From an uncultured virus (IMG/VR IMGVR_UViG_3300048919_000076) (Duplodnaviria > Heunggongvirae > Uroviricota > Caudoviricetes), in the IMG/VR virus record IMGVR_UViG_3300048919_000076: a DNA stretch of 25,693 bases; one strand, given 5' to 3'. A model generated the notes under the pieces. It saw only the letters and a list, made by a program, of their open reading frames with translations. It searched no databases and was not told the origin of the DNA. The position numbers and the translations under genes are program-made. How positions within the stretch are numbered: position 1 is the stretch's first letter; each line of letters opens with the position of its first letter. Below, piece by piece: positions 1 through 6,731 of the stretch.

Positions 1-26
1 CGGCTTGGTGTTGAGGAGAGAAATAA

Positions 27-326
27 ATGATTGTACTAAACGACTTGTGTGGTTGTGAGGATGACACTGTAATTGAAGTTGAATACTTGAAACAGTATCT
101 ACAAAACAGTATCTATGAAGCACTCAGTAAAACAGAACCTATTACCTATGAGCAATCAATTAAAATTATGGAGGGGCAATATAGGAAAGTTCTCATGGGT
201 GCTTACACAAACCCTGAATATGATCCACAAGTGAAATGTACACTTGAAGAAGATGGAAAGATGAATGTAACCTTCTTGTGTCCACAATGGATTGCTGATA
301 TGATTAATGAAGATGGACACCATTGA
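27..326 (+). CDS. Hypothetical protein resembling the C-terminal segment of myovirus tail sheath proteins
   Basis: GAGGAG RBS before ATG; 99 aa; segment YLKQYLQNSIYEALSKTEPITYEQSIKIMEGQYRKVL recalls sheath C-terminal helices (by-eye only). Confidence 0.6.
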   Translation: MIVLNDLCGCEDDTVIEVEYLKQYLQNSIYEALSKTEPITYEQSIKIMEGQYRKVLMGAYTNPEYDPQVKCTLEEDGKMNVTFLCPQWIADMINEDGHH

Positions 327-505
327 TGAAGCTGTTACTTATAGGAGTAATTTTAATTCTTACAGCATGTGACAATAAGCCTAAGACTCTTACTTGCACA
401 TCATCAACACCAAAAGGTTGGGTCACATGGGAGGAAGATGGTGGTAAAACTATTTGTTGGAAAAGTAAAGGTTTCCAATGTGCACCTAAATGTAAGGAGA
501 AATGA
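326..505 (+). CDS. Small lipoprotein
   Basis: ATG overlaps the upstream stop (TGATG); MK + hydrophobic stretch + lipobox LTA-C; four further Cys. Confidence 0.75.
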   Translation: MKLLLIGVILILTACDNKPKTLTCTSSTPKGWVTWEEDGGKTICWKSKGFQCAPKCKEK

Positions 506-645
506 GAATGTTAAAAGATACAGGTTTGAAAGAAGTTTTTGTTGTTTCTAATAAAGTATATATTGTCTTTCATGAACCAACAGAAGAGGTCGGGTTAACT
601 GTGGATGACCTGCAAGAATTACTTTTGCTGTTGGTTGGAGAATAA
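502..645 (+). CDS. Hypothetical protein (47 aa), likely paralog of 17783..17917
   Basis: Not in ORF track; AAGGAG RBS, ATGA overlap; MRMLKDTG...LTVDDLQELLLLLVGE. Confidence 0.65.
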   Translation: MRMLKDTGLKEVFVVSNKVYIVFHEPTEEVGLTVDDLQELLLLLVGE

Positions 646-647
646 AG

Positions 648-749
648 ATGATTGAAGGACTAAAGCTAGCTCTAAAGCACTGCACCAAATATGAAGACAG
701 GATGTACTTGTCTTTCTTGATTAAAGTGTATGAGAGGAACAACAAATGA
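648..749 (+). CDS. Hypothetical peptide (33 aa)
   Basis: GGAG RBS; fills the gap and its stop overlaps the next ATG. Confidence 0.5.
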   Translation: MIEGLKLALKHCTKYEDRMYLSFLIKVYERNNK

Positions 750-1018
750 TTCTAGACTTGAAAGATAAAACAGAGTGTCGATTCAAAACACTTGAGGATA
801 TTCCGGGCTTTGTAAGTGTGCACGAAGAGGTTAGTGACTTCTTAACGCTCAAGCTGACTATCATCTGTGATGACCCTAAAGACTTTGCCGAATATCTGTA
901 TTATAATCTACCCTCTGGTTGTAGACTTGTTGGAAGTACAACAGTTACTATCTTGACAGATCTTGTTCAGTATGAGATTGGGGGTATTGATTATAAGTTT
1001 GATTGGGAGAAATCATGA
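746..1018 (+). CDS. Hypothetical protein resembling a baseplate J-like C-terminal fragment
   Basis: GAGG RBS; 90 aa; aligns by eye with the C-terminal part of 1274..1657. Confidence 0.65.
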   Translation: MILDLKDKTECRFKTLEDIPGFVSVHEEVSDFLTLKLTIICDDPKDFAEYLYYNLPSGCRLVGSTTVTILTDLVQYEIGGIDYKFDWEKS

Positions 1019-1113
1019 ACAAAACAGAACTTATAGGAGCAGCAATAGCTATAACACTTATGCCTTGTATTATTGGGGTTTGGATGGTTTATAATTTGAG
1101 AGGTAAGAAGTGA
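1015..1113 (+). CDS. Small membrane peptide (32 aa)
   Basis: GGAG RBS, ATGA overlap; single hydrophobic stretch LIGAAIAITLMPCIIGVWMVY with basic C-terminus. Confidence 0.55.
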   Translation: MNKTELIGAAIAITLMPCIIGVWMVYNLRGKK

Positions 1114-1277
1114 GCTTATTTGAAGATTGGTATATTACAGTTCGATCAGGCCCAGACATCAATGTCTATGATGATTTGAAACTAGACCAAGAAGGTGAGT
1201 ATTATTACCAAGAAACCTTTTGGATGCATAAAGCATTTCTTGCTGGGCAAATAGTGTGTGAAGAGAAGAAACAATGA
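1110..1277 (+). CDS. Hypothetical protein (55 aa)
   Basis: GTG start with GAGG RBS, GTGA and ATGA overlaps at both ends. Confidence 0.6.
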   Translation: MSLFEDWYITVRSGPDINVYDDLKLDQEGEYYYQETFWMHKAFLAGQIVCEEKKQ

Positions 1278-1657
1278 CAGACACATACGAACGTTGTTCC
1301 TGTGGCGCTAGAGATAGGGCTAAGTGTAGCAAGGAGAGTTTATCAGGTGGCGGTAAGCTGTGTGTAAAAGACTTGAAAGAGGAGAAAGTAGGTATTAAAG
1401 TTAACATGGAAGATATTGGTATTCCAAAATACGATCTATTTGGCGAGCTGTTCAAGCTAGGTGTCACACAAGTAACTGAGAAATGGCATGACCTTCTGAT
1501 TGTTGAGCTTATCCTTGAAGGAGATTTTAAAGATGAGGATATTGCTAAGTGTCTTTATAAGAATTCTCCAATGATGTATAGACATGTGGGTGACATCACT
1601 CAGACAGTTGAAGGTGTGAATGGCATGTTGTTTAAATATGGGTTTACGAGGGGATAG
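1274..1657 (+). CDS. Hypothetical protein with Cys-rich N-terminus and baseplate J-like C-terminal fragment
   Basis: 127 aa; C-terminal GVTQVTE...EGDFKDEDIAKCLYKNSP...GDITQTVEGVNG...FTR; similar to 746..1018. Confidence 0.65.
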   Translation: MTDTYERCSCGARDRAKCSKESLSGGGKLCVKDLKEEKVGIKVNMEDIGIPKYDLFGELFKLGVTQVTEKWHDLLIVELILEGDFKDEDIAKCLYKNSPMMYRHVGDITQTVEGVNGMLFKYGFTRG

Positions 1658-1658
1658 T

Positions 1659-1955
1659 ATGCCAAGATTTAAAGAGTCTTACAAAGTGGTGACAGAAGAG
1701 TTTACAACAAGGGAGGCGGCCCTGAAGGTCTTTCATCTACTGGATGCACTACCTAATGTCAGTGTTCATATTGAGCAAGTCAGTATGCCGGTGGTTAAGT
1801 GGGATTGTATCGATGATGGATATGGTGTTGTCGGCTACAGTTGGGATTGTTTTACATGTGACACTGAGCATTCTTTTGTAACACCTTTCCTAGGGGATAC
1901 ATATCGTTGCAGCAAGTGTCACACGGAACATTATAGTGATTGGGAGGAAGAATGA
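1659..1955 (+). CDS. Hypothetical protein with C-terminal zinc ribbon
   Basis: ATG at 1659 with GAGG RBS; CFTC and CSKC pairs. Confidence 0.7.
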   Translation: MPRFKESYKVVTEEFTTREAALKVFHLLDALPNVSVHIEQVSMPVVKWDCIDDGYGVVGYSWDCFTCDTEHSFVTPFLGDTYRCSKCHTEHYSDWEEE

Positions 1956-2134
1956 CACCAGAACAACAAGCTCTGATTGATAAAGCCCTTAGTCGTAAAA
2001 ATCTTGGTCGTGAAGAACAGCGTAGGCTTGGACTGGAGTTGAAAGATGCTCTTACGCTGAATAAATATCAGGCGAATATGATTAGGGAAATGAGGGGTGA
2101 GATTATTAAACTTAAGATTGAGAGGAAAGTATGA
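1952..2134 (+). CDS. Hypothetical protein
   Basis: GGAGG RBS, ATGA overlap; 60 aa helical. Confidence 0.7.
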   Translation: MTPEQQALIDKALSRKNLGREEQRRLGLELKDALTLNKYQANMIREMRGEIIKLKIERKV

Positions 2135-2310
2135 GTAATAAAGTTTGGTGTGTTATGACAGACGATGAAAATTATGAAACAAAGATTTCCATGGGATGTT
2201 ATATGACTGAGAAAGAGGCAATCAAGAAGGCCGAATATTACAATTATGATGAACACCCACATTTCTGGGTGGAAGAATATAAATTTAAGGGTGAGGAATG
2301 TCAGGAATAA
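2131..2310 (+). CDS. Hypothetical protein (59 aa), small phage family shared with 14153..14347 and 15023..15172
   Basis: Not in ORF track; GAGG RBS; KVWCV...MGCYMTEKEA...WVEEY pattern. Confidence 0.7.
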   Translation: MSNKVWCVMTDDENYETKISMGCYMTEKEAIKKAEYYNYDEHPHFWVEEYKFKGEECQE

Positions 2311-2867
2311 AAGAGCAGGCTATTGTTTTAAGAAAGCAAGGTCTAACGTATGCACAAATATCAAGCGCCTTAAATGGCGCTGTATCTGTTGATTGGTGTA
2401 AACGAAACCTAAAGGCTGTCGAGTACAAGAAAACAGAAGATCCAATACTTACTGAAATCATTATACTTGCACTCAGACCAGAAGGTTGCACCAACTACGA
2501 ACTGACGGGGATTGTAATGAAACACAACCCTGAATTGATTGATAAGAAAGGAGCTTACATGAGTGCATATAAACGTAAGGCACGGGACAAGAATAGGAAC
2601 TCATTATTTCGGCCTTCATGGATTAGTCCAACTAAAGCTTTTGAGAGTTCTCAGGCTATGTACAGTATTGCTGATTCTATCTTTGAACGTATACAAGAAG
2701 CTGTACGTGACTATGCTGATATGTTCCCAGAGGTAGTAGATAAGAAAGCAATCCTAGATGAGATAGTCAAAATATCAAATGCTCACTTAGTTAAAGAGGG
2801 GTTGAGTACAAGGCTTTCAAGACATGAGGTGGTGGTAGAGAAGCTAATTGACAGGCACCAGACATAG
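2298..2867 (+). CDS. Helix-turn-helix DNA-binding protein
   Basis: N-terminal KEQAIVLRKQGLTYAQISSAL is a typical HTH opening; 189 aa. Confidence 0.7.
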   Translation: MSGIKEQAIVLRKQGLTYAQISSALNGAVSVDWCKRNLKAVEYKKTEDPILTEIIILALRPEGCTNYELTGIVMKHNPELIDKKGAYMSAYKRKARDKNRNSLFRPSWISPTKAFESSQAMYSIADSIFERIQEAVRDYADMFPEVVDKKAILDEIVKISNAHLVKEGLSTRLSRHEVVVEKLIDRHQT

Positions 2868-2969
2868 GTGCACTTTCTAGTCCTATTAACTCATTAGTGT
2901 GGTGCAGCTACTATTGCTGTGGGTGCACCTCATTTTTGATAATATTATATACGTGCGGTGGAGTGTGAA

Positions 2970-3536
2970 ATGATTCAAGAAGAAATATTGACTGAAGTCT
3001 GGAAAGATATTGAAGGGTATTCCGGCTATCAAGTTAGTAACATGGGAAGAGTTAAGAGTCTTGTAAAGGCTTACAGACGTGAAGAGATTATTCTTAAAGG
3101 TAGTCCTAACACAACAGGTTATATTCTTGTACAGCTTTATCCTGAACCAAGACAGCGTAAGTCACTGCTTGTGCATAGGCTTGTTATGCTAACCTTTCAA
3201 CCTAATCCAATGATGGATGAACTGGAGGTGAATCATAAGGATCTAGATACAACTAATAACAAGATGTCTAATCTTGAATGGGTTACTCAAAAGGAGAACA
3301 AAGAGCACTATCAGGCAAGTGATAAGTTTAAGACTGTAATCATTAAAGTGCCCAAAGGTGAGGAACAACATCTATCAAAGCTTACGGAGAAACAGGTGAT
3401 CGAGATACGCAGACTGTATGCAGCTAACGAACACGGTACTAGGAAGAAACTAAGAGAGACTTATGGTGTAAGTGAAGGTTGTATTCGTAACATTCTTGAC
3501 GGAGTTACTTGGAAACACCTTCTTCCAGAAGTGTAA
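2970..3536 (+). CDS. NUMOD4-HNH homing endonuclease with C-terminal HTH-like domain
   Basis: NUMOD4 EVWKDIEGYSGYQVSNMGRVKS; HNH motif VHRLV...VNHKDLDTTNNKMSNLEWVTQKEN; C-terminal SKLTEKQVIEIR...YGVS...I...TWKH; ATG 2970 with GGAG RBS. Confidence 0.92.
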   Translation: MIQEEILTEVWKDIEGYSGYQVSNMGRVKSLVKAYRREEIILKGSPNTTGYILVQLYPEPRQRKSLLVHRLVMLTFQPNPMMDELEVNHKDLDTTNNKMSNLEWVTQKENKEHYQASDKFKTVIIKVPKGEEQHLSKLTEKQVIEIRRLYAANEHGTRKKLRETYGVSEGCIRNILDGVTWKHLLPEV

Positions 3537-3558
3537 ATTCTAAACCCCCTCTATTTTG

Positions 3559-3588
3559 GGAGTCAGCTTTCACTAGTGACTCCTTTTT
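3559..3588 (+). terminator. Rho-independent terminator
   Basis: Stem GGAGTCA/TGACTCC followed by TTTTT, just after the HNH stop. Confidence 0.75.
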
Positions 3589-3805
3589 CTGTATCTGGAA
3601 AATATGGATATGAGCGGAAAGCCTTTACCTATAAGGGTCTGACTTCTGTAAATCACTGGCGGGCTATCAGTGCTACTTAACCGGTATTTGATTTCAGCTT
3701 TTGACTGGCTCTCACTTATAGAAATATCCTATCATTATCTCTTATTCAATAGACCTAACCTATACTCTATTGATCGTCTTACCTTAATAGACACAATCAA
3801 CTAAT

Positions 3806-3821
3806 AGCAAGCTCTGTGCCA
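3806..3821 (-). promoter_or_regulatory. Sigma54 (-24/-12) consensus site
   Basis: Minus strand TGGCACAGAGCTTGCT = TGGCAC-N5-TTGCW with correct GG-N10-GC spacing. Confidence 0.55.
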
Positions 3822-4066
3822 AGTCACTGATCGATAGCTATAAACAATACTGAGGCGTGTCATAACGTAACATTTCGCATAATGTAGCAAATGTTAAATG
3901 TTACCGAATAGACTCATCCTATCATGTTATCACTGAGCTACCACACATGTAGCTACTCTGTCAAGAACCTCTACTGGCCTACATGTATAGGGCCATATAG
4001 TGTAGTTGGAGTGGCTTGTCAAGGGTTTATTGGTGGATAAGTAGTGTAAAAGTGAAGACAGAATGT

Positions 4067-4084
4067 CGTAACGATATCGTTACG
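4067..4084. repeat. Perfect 18-bp palindrome
   Basis: CGTAACGATATCGTTACG. Confidence 0.95.
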
Positions 4085-4282
4085 GTGTGGGAAGTGGGCG
4101 ACAAGAAGGCTTGTGCTTAGCCATCAGAGATGTCTTCGCATATTGATAGTGGTCACTAGAACGCAATGAACACATTTTGAGAGTACATGTGTACACTAGA
4201 ATTGATAAGGCTTAGAGGATAATTTATAGTATCAACGAAAGAGATACAGGAGTGTTGTTATATTAATCTTGTTAATAGACTA

Positions 4283-4301
4283 AGCCCTCCTTTGGAGGGC
4301 T
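4283..4301 (-). terminator. Hairpin closing the leftward gene block
   Basis: AGCCCTCC-TTT-GGAGGGCT, 25 bp past the last leftward stop; weak U-tract. Confidence 0.6.
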
Positions 4302-4326
4302 ATAAGAAAGCCTGCTAATGTCTTTC

Positions 4327-4557
4327 TTAGTACATGCTGTGCTTTTTCATGAAAGAGGTGATTTCTTCAGCTTCTTCAGTAGCTAAGAACCACTTGGCAG
4401 CATCGAACGAGCAAGAGAAGTTTTCTACACGTTCACGACCTACATAACCAATCCAGTTACCGTGGATGTTAGATTTGAGGGATTTGAAACCAACTACATC
4501 AACCATGTTGCCTTTGTAGTCTTCTACTTGGATGGTCACTTTGGAGGAGGATTTCAT
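4327..4557 (-). CDS. Hypothetical protein
   Basis: 76 aa ORF with its own promoter and downstream hairpin. Confidence 0.75.
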   Translation of the reverse strand: MKSSSKVTIQVEDYKGNMVDVVGFKSLKSNIHGNWIGYVGRERVENFSCSFDAAKWFLATEEAEEITSFMKKHSMY

Positions 4558-4592
4558 TTTGATTAATCTCTGTGGTTGGCTTCAGTAGGTAT

Positions 4593-4620
4593 AGAATACC
4601 ACAAAAGAGACCTGAGTAAA
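4593..4620 (-). promoter_or_regulatory. Sigma70-type promoter
   Basis: TTTACT-N16-TATTCT with extended -10 TG. Confidence 0.55.
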
Positions 4621-4850
4621 CAACTATTTGAAGTTATTTTACATATTGATATCTATAAAGCCTAAGCTAGTAATAGCTTTTATTAAATGCCATACAAAGG
4701 TCTATAAACCCCTGTAGGGAGTGGTTAGTTATAGTCTTGATGTTGGTATGTCTTTCTTTCTAAAACAGCGTACCAAAAAGTGTGCCAGAATTAAGGTATT
4801 AAGTTGATTATTTAATGACTATTTCTTATGCTTTAGTCACAGTATCAGAG

Positions 4851-5012
4851 TTACAACTTCTCAAACCTAACAGCCGTATACTCCAAATAGTCATCTGTCA
4901 TACATAGGAATGACTTGTACATAGAGGCACGGAATGAATAGTCCCACAAGATTAGCTGTATGCCATTGATTGATTTGATGAATGGAGTGATTACGTGGTT
5001 GGTGGTGGACAT
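4851..5012 (-). CDS. Hypothetical protein (53 aa)
   Basis: AAGGAG RBS before MSTTNHVITPF. Confidence 0.65.
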   Translation of the reverse strand: MSTTNHVITPFIKSINGIQLILWDYSFRASMYKSFLCMTDDYLEYTAVRFEKL

Positions 5013-5022
5013 TTGAATCTCC

Positions 5023-5211
5023 TTATTCAGCAATGTAGCAATCGGACTCTTCGTAGCCTTTGGCACTCATATACTTACGTTCAAGCTTAGCACATTGCTC
5101 GAAGGCTTCACTCTCTTCCTGTTGTGTGCTAACAGTCCAAGATGCTGGTTCGTAAGCATCACATTGGCTAGGAGAGGTGCAGAGTAAGGTGTAAAGAATG
5201 ATTGTGTACAT
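5023..5211 (-). CDS. Small Cys-containing protein, YebW/DUF1482-like pattern
   Basis: Start reset to ATG 5211 (AGGA RBS, downstream of promoter); hydrophobic N-terminus plus C-x5-C...C...CY. Confidence 0.65.
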   Translation of the reverse strand: MYTIILYTLLCTSPSQCDAYEPASWTVSTQQEESEAFEQCAKLERKYMSAKGYEESDCYIAE

Positions 5212-5244
5212 GATGGTGTTTCCTGTGTTTGTCTTGATGTACGG

Positions 5245-5273
5245 ATTATAAAACCTAATCAACTACCTGTAAA
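5245..5273 (-). promoter_or_regulatory. Sigma70-type promoter
   Basis: TTTACA-N17-TATAAT. Confidence 0.85.
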
Positions 5274-5486
5274 GCTTTTCTTTGCTTCTTTTAAGCTGTT
5301 AAATGTGCCTGTATTCTCTCCTTTATCTCTAGCCTGCCCATCTGCATAGGTAGAGAAGTAAACCTCTTTCTTACCACATAATGTCCACCACTTAGCTATT
5401 ATCCAGCCACGTTCTGAGTGTGTCCATGCATACAGGTTTGTCTTAGTCCAGCCTGCATTATTAGCAGTCACGACGGTGGCAACCAA
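5259..5486 (-). CDS. Hypothetical protein, start uncertain
   Basis: Protein-like C-terminus GTFNSLKEAK; only a TTG start without clear RBS. Confidence 0.5.
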   Translation of the reverse strand: MVATVVTANNAGWTKTNLYAWTHSERGWIIAKWWTLCGKKEVYFSTYADGQARDKGENTGTFNSLKEAKKSFTGS

Positions 5487-5646
5487 GTTTCAACAGTTGG
5501 CTAATAATCTCGTCTTCTGCATCCATCAATTCACAGATAAGCGCATCAGAGCATTCTAGCTTTTCAGCTTCACGAGTGTTGCCTCGTGCCTCGGCAAGCT
5601 TGTGTTGAAGGGAGAGGATGTTGGAGTCATTAGTGAATTTGTTCAT
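5461..5646 (-). CDS. Hypothetical protein
   Basis: AAGGT RBS; helical hairpin-like, 61 aa. Confidence 0.65.
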   Translation of the reverse strand: MNKFTNDSNILSLQHKLAEARGNTREAEKLECSDALICELMDAEDEIISQLLKLGCHRRDC

Positions 5647-5711
5647 GATCATCTACCTTGCCTGGTTTGAGAGAAGCTATGTCAGAATGACAACCTCTCT
5701 TCTTGTGTTCT

Positions 5712-5739
5712 ATCGTACAGCTTCTGGTGTGGTGTGCAA
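5712..5739 (-). promoter_or_regulatory. Sigma70-type promoter
   Basis: TTGCAC-N16-TACGAT with upstream A/T tract. Confidence 0.6.
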
Positions 5740-5772
5740 GGGTTTCTTTCATAAAGTTTAATTTATTTTTTA

Positions 5773-5800
5773 AACAAAAGAAAGCCCCATAATTGGGGCT
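5773..5800 (-). terminator. Rho-independent terminator
   Basis: Minus strand AGCCCCA-ATTA-TGGGGCT then TTCTTTTGTT. Confidence 0.85.
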
Positions 5801-5809
5801 GTCCGCTAG

Positions 5810-6088
5810 TTAACCTTTAGAAACTTCTTCGTGAAACCTCTCAGGTACTTTTGCAACCTCAACACCATAAGCATCTTCAAAGTGACTTGGAAGCTCTCCA
5901 TCTTCAAGATAAGCCCAAGACCTACCGTGATCATCATCTCGCACTAAGACGATACGAGATGTCATACCCTCTTCACAAGGGATTTCATTAATAGCTTTGG
6001 CTTTAGCAAAGCTGTCTGTATGGTTGTGATTCTGGATGTCCTCATGCTCATCCACTTCCTCTACATCCCACTCGTAGTATACAGTCAT
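5810..6088 (-). CDS. Acidic hypothetical protein (92 aa)
   Basis: Start reset to ATG 6088 (GGAG RBS); about 24 D/E vs 8 K/R. Confidence 0.75.
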   Translation of the reverse strand: MTVYYEWDVEEVDEHEDIQNHNHTDSFAKAKAINEIPCEEGMTSRIVLVRDDDHGRSWAYLEDGELPSHFEDAYGVEVAKVPERFHEEVSKG

Positions 6089-6102
6089 TTTGTGTCTCTC
6101 CG

Positions 6103-6126
6103 TGATTCGTTTGTTTTGCTTCGTTA
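6103..6126. repeat. 24-bp direct repeat, copy 1 (5' leader)
   Basis: TGATTCGTTTGTTTTGCTTCGTTA identical at 9941..9964. Confidence 0.95.
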
Positions 6127-6132
6127 CAAACA

Positions 6133-6161
6133 ATCTTAGTTGAAAGCTCTCACCAATGCAA
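6133..6161 (-). promoter_or_regulatory. Sigma70-type promoter inside an inverted repeat
   Basis: TTGCAT-N17-TAAGAT; -35 flanked by GAAAGCTCT/AGAGCTTTC. Confidence 0.75.
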
Positions 6162-6176
6162 GAGCTTTCTGTAAAA

Positions 6177-6326
6177 TTATTCATTTACTGGTGCGTAGTT
6201 AGCCTGAATGTCTCTCCAGAAACCCATGGTAGAGTCGTAGAAGGTGACCCACTCTGTACCATCTTCGTCATAGGACAGACGACCAATGAAGCCAGTGAAG
6301 CTACCGCTGAGAATTTTAACTTTCAT
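6177..6326 (-). CDS. KOW-motif mini-protein (49 aa)
   Basis: Not in ORF track; AAGGAG RBS; MKVKILSGSFTGFIGRL matches the KOW pattern V-x-I-x-x-G-x-F-x-G-x-x-G. Confidence 0.7.
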   Translation of the reverse strand: MKVKILSGSFTGFIGRLSYDEDGTEWVTFYDSTMGFWRDIQANYAPVNE

Positions 6327-6368
6327 TTCGTTCTCCTTTGGAAGCTGTTTTGCTCCCTTCTGGTTTTA

Positions 6369-6397
6369 ATTCTAATGACCTTCACACCACACGTCAA
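6369..6397 (-). promoter_or_regulatory. Sigma70-type promoter
   Basis: TTGACG-N17-TAGAAT. Confidence 0.85.
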
Positions 6398-6450
6398 CAA
6401 GTATTTCAAACATTATTCATTGAAAGATTCTATCAGGTAAGCTTGTCTCA

Positions 6451-6729
6451 TCACTCCAAATAATCATAAATCACCGCAACATCTTCAGACTTACATCTAG
6501 CCACCACACCCTCTTCACTCAAACTCCCTTCCACACTGTCCCAAGCCTGCACCTTCGTATTAAACACATGTAGCTTCTTTGTCTTCCTGTCTAATTTGTA
6601 TAGAAGAGTTGTGTCAGAGATGGGGTAGCTATCAGATTTCAGCCAGACAGTGTTGTCTTCGATGTATGTGCAAATGAGGCGTAGAGAATTAAGTGTGTAG
6701 ACAGCATCTGTTTTGAATTGGATAGTCAT
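6451..6729 (-). CDS. Hypothetical protein
   Basis: AAGGA RBS before MTIQFKTDAV. Confidence 0.7.
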   Translation of the reverse strand: MTIQFKTDAVYTLNSLRLICTYIEDNTVWLKSDSYPISDTTLLYKLDRKTKKLHVFNTKVQAWDSVEGSLSEEGVVARCKSEDVAVIYDYLE

Positions 6730-6731
6730 TA

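Noticed and set aside
3959..4022. Two minus-strand TTGACA hexamers (3959-3964, 4017-4022)
   Set aside because: No good -10 box at 16-18 bp and no downstream gene, so not called as promoters
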